DNA from: Candidatus Woesearchaeota archaeon
GTDB lineage: Archaea; Nanobdellota; Nanobdellia; SCGC-AAA011-G17; GW2011-AR20
Direction of reading: 5' to 3'
Assembly: GCA_018302915.1 (NCBI GenBank)
Contig: JAGVZB010000020.1
Coordinates: 1-35,923, forward strand
Length of the DNA stretch: 35,923 bases
Positions 8,453 to 16,630 of the stretch are shown piece after piece (position 1 is the first letter of the stretch; every line of letters starts with the position of its first letter). The notes below the pieces were generated by a model, which saw only the letters and a program-made list of their open reading frames with translations, had not been told where the DNA came from and ran no database searches. The position numbers and the translations under genes were made by a program.

Positions 8453-9241
8453 ATGATAGTCAAAGAAGACTTTGTAAAAAAGCTGAAAATTGCATTTGAT
8501 TTAAATATATATGAAGTAAAAATATGGACTGCTTTGCTAAGCAAGGGAGTTTCAAGCGCGGGAGAATTGAGTGATATATCAAACGTACCAAGATCAAGAA
8601 GTTATGATATTCTGGAATCTCTTGAGAAGAAAGGATTTGTCCTGATGAAACTGGGCAAGCCGATAAAATACATCGCTGTCGATCCAAAGGAAGTTCTAGA
8701 AAGGGTAAAGAAAAACATAAGAAATGACGGCGATGAAAGAGTCAAGAATCTTGACAAAGTCAAGGGAGAAAATACCTACAAGGAGCTGGAATTGCTCCAC
8801 AAGCAGGGAATTGAAAACATTGACCCAACTTCATTGTCAGGAGCAATAAAAGGAAGAAGAAACATCAATGACCAGATTGAGACATTATTAAGGAACGCAA
8901 AGGAAAGCGTCCTAATAAACACAACCAAGGATGGATTCTTCAGAAAGATTGACATAATCAAGGAGCTAAGCAGGAAACTAAAGGATGTAAAAATAAAGAT
9001 CATAGTTCCGAAAAGCGAGGAAATAAAAGAATTTTCAAAGGAGCTAAAGAATGTAAGCATCAAGTACAGCGACGACTTCAACTCAAGGTTTGTAATGGTT
9101 GACGGAAAAGACATGCTGTTCATGATAATGGAAGACACAAAAATCCATGAAAGCTATGACACCGGAATATGGGTAAAGAGCCCTTATTTTGTAAAGTCAA
9201 TGGAAAACCTTTTTGATATAAACTGGAACACATTAAAATGA
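8453..9241 (+). CDS. TrmB-family transcriptional regulator
   Basis: N-terminal wHTH LNIYEVKIWTALLSKGVSSAGELSDISNVPRSRSYDILESLEKKGFV, typical of TrmB. ATG at 8453 preferred over the track's GTG at 8438. Confidence 0.75.
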   Translation: MIVKEDFVKKLKIAFDLNIYEVKIWTALLSKGVSSAGELSDISNVPRSRSYDILESLEKKGFVLMKLGKPIKYIAVDPKEVLERVKKNIRNDGDERVKNLDKVKGENTYKELELLHKQGIENIDPTSLSGAIKGRRNINDQIETLLRNAKESVLINTTKDGFFRKIDIIKELSRKLKDVKIKIIVPKSEEIKEFSKELKNVSIKYSDDFNSRFVMVDGKDMLFMIMEDTKIHESYDTGIWVKSPYFVKSMENLFDINWNTLK

Positions 9242-9636
9242 ATTTTTACAGAGGATTAAGGAATACTGCATTAACCTTAGCTACTTTATTAACTGTTGGA
9301 TGCGAGAGCGATAAAATTGCAGGCGAAGTTTACGACAAAACTGCTTTCTTTAGAAAGGGGGGAGGATATAACCTAGCTTTAACAATAAAAGACAGCCTTT
9401 CAAATAATATAATTTATTACCTAAATATGAGAGTATCAGAATGGGTTGATTATTCAAGCGGTTACGGAATGCAAACTGTTGTCGACATGAAAAACTGCGA
9501 GCCTATAACTCCAGAAAAACTAAAGAAAATAATAGGAAGTCCAGACAGCATTCATTCAATTAGAAAAAATGAAACAATTAATGATTTTCTTAACAACCAT
9601 GATGCTGATTTTTTCATAGATGAATCAGAGGAATAA
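9238..9636 (+). CDS. hypothetical secreted/lipoprotein-like protein
   Basis: N-terminal signal peptide with a lipobox-like LLTVGC. 132 aa. Start overlaps the trmB-like stop (ATGA). Confidence 0.5.
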   Translation: MNFYRGLRNTALTLATLLTVGCESDKIAGEVYDKTAFFRKGGGYNLALTIKDSLSNNIIYYLNMRVSEWVDYSSGYGMQTVVDMKNCEPITPEKLKKIIGSPDSIHSIRKNETINDFLNNHDADFFIDESEE

Positions 9637-9667
9637 ATTTTTATATTTTAAAATCATTCAATTCAAA

Positions 9668-10153
9668 ATGTACAAACGTAAAGGATTTGGCGATACAATA
9701 CCTATACCTGATGAATTATTAAACTCCGTAAGTCTTTTAGGAGGTAAAACAGGGGGAACATTTTTACACAATAAACCTGTCAATCTGGAATCCACTGTTT
9801 CAAGAATTGAAGTAAAAAATGAAATCCCTTTCAGATTAGAGTTTACACAAGCTTTCATAATTCCTGGTAAAGATTATAAAATAAGATGCAATGGAAAATG
9901 GCATATTGTAACTGACGGCACAATAAAAATAAGCAGGAGTGAACTAAATTCATTATACAAACTGAACAGAGAATATGGATACTCTGAGATAATCAAAATT
10001 ATCTGTGAAGATGGAAAATATACTCCAATGGAATGCCATCCTGATTTCAAAGAAGAATACAAATCCAGAAAAAGGAGTTCAAATGAAGATAATTCAGGAA
10101 TTCTCGCATTGATTAGTGAGGGATATCCGCGAGAAGAACCATCCTATCCATAA
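9668..10153 (+). CDS. hypothetical protein
   Basis: ORF track gives 9620..10153. ATG at 9668 (MYKRKGFG...) avoids overlap with the upstream gene. No motif recognised. Confidence 0.45.
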   Translation: MYKRKGFGDTIPIPDELLNSVSLLGGKTGGTFLHNKPVNLESTVSRIEVKNEIPFRLEFTQAFIIPGKDYKIRCNGKWHIVTDGTIKISRSELNSLYKLNREYGYSEIIKIICEDGKYTPMECHPDFKEEYKSRKRSSNEDNSGILALISEGYPREEPSYP

Positions 10154-10192
10154 ATTACAAATATTTAAAAACATCTTGTTCTTTTTAATTAT

Positions 10193-11686
10193 ATGAAAGA
10201 GGTAGCTGAAAGCCTTAGCCCTTTGGAGAGAAAAATATTCCCCCTAATAAAAGACAATATTTCCTTAAATGAATTAATTGACAAAAGCAGGCTAAAGGAA
10301 GTTGAGGTGATAAGGGCACTGCAATGGCTTGAAAACAAGGAATTAATCAATGTAAGGAAAGAAAGCAAGGAAATAATCGAGATTGACTCCAACGGCAGGA
10401 AAATCCTGAAGGAAGATCTGCCAGAAAAAAGGTTTCTAAAATCCATCCTGAACAAAGAGTTAAGCCTGAATGAGATAATAGAAAAAGCCAAGCTTGACAA
10501 AGATGAATTAAATGCTGCTCTTGGCCTGCTGAAAAGAAATTCATGCATAATTCTAGGGAACAAGATAAAAATAACTGAAGCAGGGAAAAAATACCTCAAT
10601 GACAACAGGATCGAGGATTTCCTTAAGAAACTGCCATTGGACAAAAACAAAGCAGACAAAATTCTATACAATGAACTAAAAGGCAGAAAAGAATTAATAA
10701 AAGAAAACCTGGTCAAGGACAGGATTTCTGACTTAACAAGCAAGGGGAGAGAATTACAAAAATTGAATTTAAAGGATGATTACATTGAAAGCCTTACAAT
10801 AAACGTAATAAAGAACAAGGAATGGGTGAATAAAAAGTTCAGGAGATATGACATCAATATCAATGTCCCAAAAGTATATCCTGGAAAAAAGCATTTTGTC
10901 AATGAAGCATTAGACTATGCAAGAAGAATTTGGCTTGAGATGGGATTCAAAGAGATGAAGGGAAACATAATCCAAACTGCATTCTGGAACTTTGATGCCC
11001 TGTATACCTCACAGGATCATTCCGTAAGAGAAATGCAGGACACTTTTTACCTGAAAGAAAAGGGAAGACTACCAGACAAAGAAATTGTTAACAAAGTCAG
11101 GGCTGCTCATGAAAACGGATGGAACACAGGAAGCAAAGGATGGCAATACAAATGGAATCCTGAAGAAGCCATGAAGAAAGTGCTGAGAACACATACAACA
11201 TGCCTGAGCGCACAAACATTATCAAAGCTGAAGAAAGAGGAACTGCCTGCAAAATTTTTCTCTGTTGGAAGATGCTACAGGAATGAAACGCTTGACTTTT
11301 CACATTTGTTTGAATTCAACCAAACAGAAGGAATTGTAGTTGATGAAAATGCAAACCTAAGACATCTGATGGGTTATTTAAGGGAGTTTGCAACAAAAAT
11401 GGGATTTCCAAAAGTCAGATTCAGGCCTGCTTATTTTCCGTATACAGAACCAAGCCTAGAGGGAGATGTTTATGATCCAGTTCATAAAAAATGGATTGAG
11501 TTCATAGCAGCAGGAATTTTCAGGCCAGAAGTTACCAAACCATTACTAGGGAAAGATGTCCCTGTATTGGCATGGGGGCCAGGGATTGACAGAATAATAA
11601 CCGCTGCTTACAACATCAAAGACATAAGGGATATTTACAAGAATGACCTGAAGCAATTAAGAGAAAGTAAGATGTGGTTGAAATAA
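10193..11686 (+). CDS. pheS: phenylalanine--tRNA ligase alpha subunit (archaeal type)
   Basis: 497 aa. N-terminal wHTH repeats. Class II core motifs ...FRRYDINI..., ...FSVGRCYRNE..., ...GAGIFRPEV...AWGPGIDRI. Confidence 0.92.
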   Translation: MKEVAESLSPLERKIFPLIKDNISLNELIDKSRLKEVEVIRALQWLENKELINVRKESKEIIEIDSNGRKILKEDLPEKRFLKSILNKELSLNEIIEKAKLDKDELNAALGLLKRNSCIILGNKIKITEAGKKYLNDNRIEDFLKKLPLDKNKADKILYNELKGRKELIKENLVKDRISDLTSKGRELQKLNLKDDYIESLTINVIKNKEWVNKKFRRYDININVPKVYPGKKHFVNEALDYARRIWLEMGFKEMKGNIIQTAFWNFDALYTSQDHSVREMQDTFYLKEKGRLPDKEIVNKVRAAHENGWNTGSKGWQYKWNPEEAMKKVLRTHTTCLSAQTLSKLKKEELPAKFFSVGRCYRNETLDFSHLFEFNQTEGIVVDENANLRHLMGYLREFATKMGFPKVRFRPAYFPYTEPSLEGDVYDPVHKKWIEFIAAGIFRPEVTKPLLGKDVPVLAWGPGIDRIITAAYNIKDIRDIYKNDLKQLRESKMWLK

Positions 11687-11694
11687 TTTCTTTT

Positions 11695-11712
11695 ATGAAA
11701 CAATTGTTTCAT
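11695..11712. promoter_or_regulatory. perfect 18-bp palindrome ATGAAACAATTGTTTCAT (candidate operator)
   Basis: Self-complementary 9+9 bp with no spacer, 9 nt after the pheS stop and 48 nt upstream of the wHTH-nucleotidyltransferase start. The half-site TGTTTCAT recurs at 11741-11748. Confidence 0.4.
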
Positions 11713-11758
11713 TTATAGAACAGAAAGATTTAAATACTACTGTTTCATTTATAGAACA
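11705..11758 (+). repeat. 18-nt direct repeat TGTTTCATTTATAGAACA x2 (11705-11722 and 11741-11758)
   Basis: Two identical copies 36 nt apart, each containing a TTTATA TATA-like element. The second ends 2 nt before the ATG at 11760. Confidence 0.8.
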
Positions 11759-11759
11759 T

Positions 11760-12281
11760 ATGTTCCAAAAAGAGAATAAAAATAAGATAATGAAATTATT
11801 CTTTAATAACCCAAATAAAGAGTTTTATCTCAGAGAGATATCAAGATTAACTAAAGTATCCCCATCAGGAAGTTTTAGAATCTTGAATAAGCTAGAGGGA
11901 AAAAATTTGATAGTAAGAAATAAAAATAAAGCGGTTACCAACTTTAAGCTTAAAAATAATGAAGATGTTAAAAGACTAAAGAGATTATTCAATATAAACA
12001 GTGTCTATGAATCCAAATTAGTTGATTTTTTAATTGACAAGTATAATAATCCAACAGCAATTGTACTATTTGGATCTTATTCCCTTGGAGAAGATAACGA
12101 AAAGGGGGATATAGATATTGCTGTAATAACAAAAAAGCACAAAGACTTAAACTTATTAAAATTTGAAAGATATTTAGGAAAGAGTATCCATTTGCTGGAA
12201 GTTGATTTGGATAAAGTCAGCAAAGAATTTAAAAATAATCTAGCCAATGGGTTTATACTGGGAGGATATTTAAGTTTATAA
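11760..12281 (+). CDS. wHTH-fused minimal nucleotidyltransferase (MNT-type antitoxin-like)
   Basis: N-terminal wHTH (FYLREISRLTKVSPSGSFRILNKLEGKNLI). NTase motif VLFGSYSLGEDNEKGDIDIAV (G-S-x10-D-x-D). Its stop overlaps the next gene's start (TAATG). Confidence 0.8.
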   Translation: MFQKENKNKIMKLFFNNPNKEFYLREISRLTKVSPSGSFRILNKLEGKNLIVRNKNKAVTNFKLKNNEDVKRLKRLFNINSVYESKLVDFLIDKYNNPTAIVLFGSYSLGEDNEKGDIDIAVITKKHKDLNLLKFERYLGKSIHLLEVDLDKVSKEFKNNLANGFILGGYLSL

Positions 12282-12706
12282 TGAAAGATTTTAAGATATT
12301 TTTAGAAGATGGGAGCATAAAAAGAATCACTCCAAATAAATCACTAATTAAAAGTTTAGTGAATGATGCCATTAAAAGATTAGATTTTTATAAAAAGTTA
12401 AGATTAGATAATGAAAATTCAAAGTATATTCTTGAAAATATTTATGAATCATTAAGAGAATTAGCTGATGCTGTTTTAATAAAAGATGGTTATAAATCCT
12501 ATTCCCATGAAGCTTCTATTACTTATTTATTGAAGTATAATCTCCCTTTGGTTGAGATTAATAAATTTGATAATTTTAGAAAGATAAGGAACAACAGCAA
12601 ATATTATGGGAAACCTGTAGATTTAGAGGACAGCAAAGAGATTATGGAATTAGCAGAAAAATTATTAAAGGATATAAAAAATATACTTAAAGATGCCAAC
12701 AGTTAA
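12281..12706 (+). CDS. HEPN-domain protein (partner of the upstream nucleotidyltransferase)
   Basis: 141-aa all-alpha protein. ...LRELADAVLIKDGYKSYSHEA... and FRKIRNNSKYYGKPV resemble the PF05168-type HEPN R..R....Y region. Gene order and overlap are typical of NTase-HEPN pairs. Confidence 0.65.
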   Translation: MKDFKIFLEDGSIKRITPNKSLIKSLVNDAIKRLDFYKKLRLDNENSKYILENIYESLRELADAVLIKDGYKSYSHEASITYLLKYNLPLVEINKFDNFRKIRNNSKYYGKPVDLEDSKEIMELAEKLLKDIKNILKDANS

Positions 12707-14321
12707 TTTAAACAAAAATGAACTTGAAAAATTAGCAGGAAAGAAATTATCAATTGACAAGCTAAAAGACAGGATTTCAATGCTTGGAACTGATCTGGAA
12801 GATATAAAAGGAAATGAGATAATCGTTGAAGTGTTCCCCGACAGGCCTGACATGCTAAGCGAGCAGGGATTTGCAAGGGCATTTTCATCCTTCATTGGAG
12901 TTAAAAAAGGATTAAGAGAATACAAAGCAAAGAAATCAAATTACAATCTAATCATTGATGATTCTGTAAAGAACATAAGGCCTTTCACTTCATGCGCTAT
13001 TGTAAAGAACTTAAAATTTGACGGTGAAAAAATAAAACAGGTCATCCAGATCCAGGAGAAACTTCATGTCGGCTACGGAAGAAACAGGAAGAAATGCGCC
13101 ATAGGGATTTATCCGCTTGAAAAGATTAAATTCCCGATTCATTACAGGGCACTGGAGCCAGAAAAAATTATTTTCACCCCACTGGAATCAAAGAGAGAAA
13201 TGAACGGCAATGAAATCCTTGAGAAACACCCGGCCGGAAAAGAATACGGCCATCTGCTAAAGGAGAAAAATAAATTCCCTGTATTTGTCGATGCAGGAAA
13301 CAACATATTAAGCATGCCGCCAATAATCAACTCAGAAAACACAGGAAAAATAACAGGCAAAACAAAGGAAATTTTCATAGAGGTCAGCGGCTTTGACTAC
13401 AATGTTGTAAGCAAATGCCTTAGCATAATCGTATGTTCCTTAATTGACATGAAAGGAATTGCATATGAAATTGAGCTAAAGTACGGCAACAAAAAAATAA
13501 CAAGCCCCAGCCTAAAGCCGGAATCAATGAAGATTGACATTAACTATGCAAACAAAATCCTTGGGTTGAATTTAAGGGAAAATGACATCAAAAATTACCT
13601 TGAGAGGATGGGTTATGACTACAGCAAGGGAAAGGTGATAATTCCCTGCTACAGGACTGACATTATGCACCAGGCTGATATCATTGAAGACATAGCAATT
13701 GCATACGGCTATGAAAATTTCAAGGAAGAAATACCAAATGTAAGCACCCTTGGCTCTGAAGATGAATCTGAAAAGTTCAAGAGAAAAATAAAAGATATCC
13801 TGATTGGCTTCGGATACCTTGAATGCAACAGCTATAACCTGATTTCCGGGGATGTTCTGAACAAGATGGAAATCAAGATGAACAACATCAAAGTGCTGAA
13901 TCCTGTAAACATTGATTATAATACTTTAAGAAGCTGGATGATCCCAAGCCTGATGAAAATTCTAAGCGAAAACAAGCATCATGAATATCCGCAGAAGATA
14001 TTTGAAGCCGGGACCGCCTTTGAAAAGGAAGAATCTGAAAACCTGGGGTTGTTAAGCTGCCATGCAAATGCAAATTTCACAGAGGTAAAGCAGATTCTTG
14101 ATTACATGTTCAATGCTTTAGGCCTGAAATATAATCTGGAAGAAGCCGAGCATGATTCATTCATCAAGGGAAGAGCCGGAATGATTAAATGCAATGGAAA
14201 GAAGATGGGCTATATAGGAGAATTACACCCCAAAATAATCACCAATTTCAACCTGGAACTTCCTGTTGCCGGCTTTGAAATCAATTTAAGCGAATTGTCC
14301 AAACTGGTCATTCAATATTGA
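12693..14321 (+). CDS. pheT: phenylalanine--tRNA ligase beta subunit (archaeal type)
   Basis: 542 aa. MPTVNLNKNELEKL... is a typical archaeal PheT N-terminus, followed by B3/4 and B5 domain-like regions. The start lies 14 nt inside the HEPN gene. Confidence 0.9.
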   Translation: MPTVNLNKNELEKLAGKKLSIDKLKDRISMLGTDLEDIKGNEIIVEVFPDRPDMLSEQGFARAFSSFIGVKKGLREYKAKKSNYNLIIDDSVKNIRPFTSCAIVKNLKFDGEKIKQVIQIQEKLHVGYGRNRKKCAIGIYPLEKIKFPIHYRALEPEKIIFTPLESKREMNGNEILEKHPAGKEYGHLLKEKNKFPVFVDAGNNILSMPPIINSENTGKITGKTKEIFIEVSGFDYNVVSKCLSIIVCSLIDMKGIAYEIELKYGNKKITSPSLKPESMKIDINYANKILGLNLRENDIKNYLERMGYDYSKGKVIIPCYRTDIMHQADIIEDIAIAYGYENFKEEIPNVSTLGSEDESEKFKRKIKDILIGFGYLECNSYNLISGDVLNKMEIKMNNIKVLNPVNIDYNTLRSWMIPSLMKILSENKHHEYPQKIFEAGTAFEKEESENLGLLSCHANANFTEVKQILDYMFNALGLKYNLEEAEHDSFIKGRAGMIKCNGKKMGYIGELHPKIITNFNLELPVAGFEINLSELSKLVIQY

Positions 14322-14612
14322 CCTTATCAAACAATGAATGGTGTCATATTCCAACCTTAAACCTCTGGAAACTAAACAATAATCATTGCTTATGCATACC
14401 CCTCTATCATCATATTTTTCCCTTAAAAAATATAAAATATATTCACTTTCTTCATTCCATTCAAATTTTTTCAATAATTCAAATTTATGGGTTCTTGACA
14501 ATGCCATTGCCATTGATACATTCGGCCAAAAATGCCTATCTAATATCCTTCTGAATCTTCTGTTGTAATATGGCCTTAGCAAAAAATTAACCAAATCATT
14601 CATAAAAAACAT
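14286..14612 (-). CDS. hypothetical protein
   Basis: 108-aa ORF with a complex, non-repetitive sequence (RPYYNRRFRRILDRHFWPN...). Its 3' end overlaps the pheT 3' end by 36 nt (convergent). Confidence 0.35.
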   Translation of the reverse strand: MFFMNDLVNFLLRPYYNRRFRRILDRHFWPNVSMAMALSRTHKFELLKKFEWNEESEYILYFLREKYDDRGVCISNDYCLVSRGLRLEYDTIHCLIRSILNDQFGQFA

Positions 14613-14633
14613 ATGATGAGAAATATTATAAAA

Positions 14634-14969
14634 TCATTCCTTTGACAGCTTCTTCACAACTGCCGGCTCCACTATCAACAATGCATAGAAAACCCATATG
14701 CTCCACACCGAGAAATAAGATTCATTTCCCAAAATAAAAAATATCAACGCTAAATCCAGCAAAAAATTAACCAACAGCCATACAATCCCCACGGCAAACA
14801 TATTCCTCTCATCAAGCATTACCCTTGAAAATGTATAAATCAGCAAAGCCCCGAGAATCAGCATAATTATATTCATTGTATTTGGAAGTATAACCATCAA
14901 GAACCACCCTACAAAGAACAGAATAACCCAAATAATAAAACCATATAACAAAACTTTTTCCAATTTCAT
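14634..14969 (-). CDS. hypothetical integral membrane protein (4 TM)
   Basis: Four hydrophobic helices. Start at Met10 (14969, MKLEKVLLYG...) is preferred over 14996, which would overlap the dph2 fragment. Confidence 0.5.
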   Translation of the reverse strand: MKLEKVLLYGFIIWVILFFVGWFLMVILPNTMNIIMLILGALLIYTFSRVMLDERNMFAVGIVWLLVNFLLDLALIFFILGNESYFSVWSIWVFYALLIVEPAVVKKLSKE

Positions 14970-14974
14970 TTTAT

Positions 14975-15250
14975 ATGCTCTTATCACCCATTCCAAAATT
15001 TATTAACCAACTTAGATTTGTATACAAAGAGAAACCTAAATTAGTCTGCATTCAATTATCTGATGGCCTGAAACCAAGGGCATTAGAGATACAAAAATAC
15101 CTGGAGAGCAAAACAAAGGCAAGAATACTGATATGGCTTGGATCATGCTTCGGAGCATGCGATGTCCCCATTGAACTGAAAGAATTAAACATTGATCTGC
15201 TAATACAATTCGGGCACAATGATTTCGGATATGAGCATTTATGGAGGTGA
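14975..15250 (+). pseudogene. dph2: N-terminal fragment of diphthamide synthase Dph2 (about 90 of about 330 aa)
   Basis: KLVCIQLSDGLKPRALEIQKYLESKTKARILIWLGSCFGACDVPIELKELNIDLLIQFGHNDFG aligns with the Dph2 N-terminus (V.IQ.PEGL...YGACD...D.LIH.GHS) as I recall it. The ORF stops at 91 aa and the rest of the enzyme is absent downstream. Confidence 0.65.
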
Positions 15251-15252
15251 AA

Positions 15253-15387
15253 ATGAAAATAAACATTCCCGAGACAATGGAAAGAAGCATAAAAATAATA
15301 GTGCAAAAAACAAACATGTTCAAGGATGAGGAGGATTTTGTCCAACAGGCCCTGCTTAAGCAAATCTCAAAATTCAGGGACCTATAA
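15253..15387 (+). CDS. small ribbon-helix-helix (CopG-like) protein
   Basis: 44-aa ORF not in the track: MKINIPETMERSIKIIVQKTNMFKDEEDFVQQALLKQISKFRDL. It fits the beta-strand/helix/helix RHH pattern. GGAGGTGA lies 3 nt upstream of the ATG. Confidence 0.45.
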   Translation: MKINIPETMERSIKIIVQKTNMFKDEEDFVQQALLKQISKFRDL

Positions 15388-15561
15388 CCCCCTCTTTTTC
15401 CTGATGTAATTTAACAAGATGTAATAAACCACAAAGAATATTAATGAAGAGATGATGGAAACCTCCAACTTGAATGTTTTGTAAACAGTGTATGTGATTA
15501 TGTTATAAAACAGGAAATAAATAACTGCGGTCATCAATGATAATTTTAGCTCTTTGCTCAT
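15382..15561 (-). CDS. small hypothetical 2-TM membrane protein
   Basis: 59-aa ORF just below the track cutoff: MSKELKLSLMTAVIYFLFYNIITYTVYKTFKLEVSIISSLIFFVVYYILLNYIRKKRGL. Confidence 0.3.
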   Translation of the reverse strand: MSKELKLSLMTAVIYFLFYNIITYTVYKTFKLEVSIISSLIFFVVYYILLNYIRKKRGL

Positions 15562-15595
15562 GCTATTTCATTAATTTGTTTATTTAAAAATTATA

Positions 15596-15699
15596 CGCCG
15601 GGACTGGGATTTGAACCCAGACACCCAAAAGGGTCAAGCTTTCCAGGCCTACACTTCTTTTGCAAGAATTTGTGCAATACCAGATTATGCGATCCCGGC
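15596..15699 (-). tRNA. tRNA-Ser (anticodon GGA) with a 21-nt non-canonical intron at 29/30
   Basis: Acceptor GCCGGGA/TCCCGGC, discriminator G, T arm CTGGG-TTCAAAT-CCCAG. After removing 15649-15669 the anticodon arm is CAAGC-CTGGAAA-GCTTG, followed by a long variable arm A-CCC-TTTT-GGG-TGT (class II). Mature length 83 nt. Confidence 0.8.
15649..15669 (-). other. tRNA-Ser intron (BHB-type, in the anticodon stem)
   Basis: RNA sense A-TTCTT-GCAA-AAGAA-GTGT-AG. Central helix GCAC/GTGT, 3-nt bulges AAA and AGG, inner helix TTCTT/AAGAA capped by the GNRA loop GCAA. Confidence 0.75.
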
Positions 15700-15772
15700 A
15701 GTAAGGATTTAGTCCTTCATAAAATTGTAAAGCCCTTCATAAATCTGAAAGAAAATTAGTTTAAAAGTCTTC

Positions 15773-16600
15773 TTACAAAGAAGAATAAGTTTTCTTCATC
15801 AATAAAGCATCTGTTTCAAGGTTAGGAGATTCACATACAACAACACCACTGCATTTGAATTCCTTCAAGGCTTTCATCAAATCCTTATAGTTCATGTCTG
15901 AATCTTTTAATTCAAGATGATTCTTTTCCCCTTTTTCGCCATAATTTATTCCTGACATGTGAATGTGCATGTTATCCAATGCTTTTTTTCCTAAAGCTTT
16001 TTCATATTTTGTCAGTATTTCCCTAAACTCTTCATGAGTGTTATTTTTTCCTCCTCGGGCATGCAAATGAGCAAAATCTATGCAAGGAAGAATATTATCA
16101 AACTCCTGAGAGATCTTAATACATTCATCAAAAGAGCCTATCTGGGAAACTTTTCCAGTTGTTTCAGGCCTTACCCATATTTTTATGTTTTCATCCTTCA
16201 AAGAATCCATAATATGCTTCATTTCTTTCTTGAATCTTTCATATGCCTGCTCTTTAGTTGATTTCATGTAATAACCAGGATGGAAGCAAACTGAATAACC
16301 TCCTGAGAGATAAGCAATCCTTGCTGCATTTATTATATTTGACTTTGAAATTCCTATTTTCTGCTTTTCCTCGGAATTTAGATTGATGTAATAAGAAGCA
16401 TGTGCTGTCAGAACAACATTCTCTTTTCTTGCTGTCTCCTTCACTCTTTCTGCCTGATCTTTTTTTATAAAAACAGAATGAACAAATTCAAGTTCAAGAG
16501 AATCAAGACCAAGAGAATTAATCTGCTTTATCCCATTATAAATATCCGGCTTCTTGGTTGATATTGGGATTCCACCTGTTCCAAACAACAATTTATCCAT
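15773..16600 (-). CDS. nfo: endonuclease IV-like AP endonuclease (xylose-isomerase-like TIM barrel)
   Basis: Metal-ligand pattern of the Nfo family: TAHASYYINL, CFHPG, WVRPETTG, CIDFAHLHA, HIHMSG...KNHLEL, VCESP. Confidence 0.55.
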   Translation of the reverse strand: MDKLLFGTGGIPISTKKPDIYNGIKQINSLGLDSLELEFVHSVFIKKDQAERVKETARKENVVLTAHASYYINLNSEEKQKIGISKSNIINAARIAYLSGGYSVCFHPGYYMKSTKEQAYERFKKEMKHIMDSLKDENIKIWVRPETTGKVSQIGSFDECIKISQEFDNILPCIDFAHLHARGGKNNTHEEFREILTKYEKALGKKALDNMHIHMSGINYGEKGEKNHLELKDSDMNYKDLMKALKEFKCSGVVVCESPNLETDALLMKKTYSSL

Positions 16601-16630
16601 GAAGAAGGAATGATTTTTTGGTTTATATAA

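Noticed and set aside
14578-14774. 17-nt identical string AGCAAAAAATTAACCAA at 14578-14594 and 14758-14774, encoding LVNFLL in two adjacent minus-strand ORFs.
   Set aside because: It is short and AT-rich with no extended similarity around it. It is plausibly coincidental.
15253-15387. The possibility that the ORF after the dph2 fragment is the frameshifted continuation of Dph2.
   Set aside because: Its sequence fits a 44-aa ribbon-helix-helix protein with its own GGAGG RBS. I see no convincing similarity to the Dph2 region following GHS, and the about 240 missing codons cannot fit before the tRNA-Ser gene.
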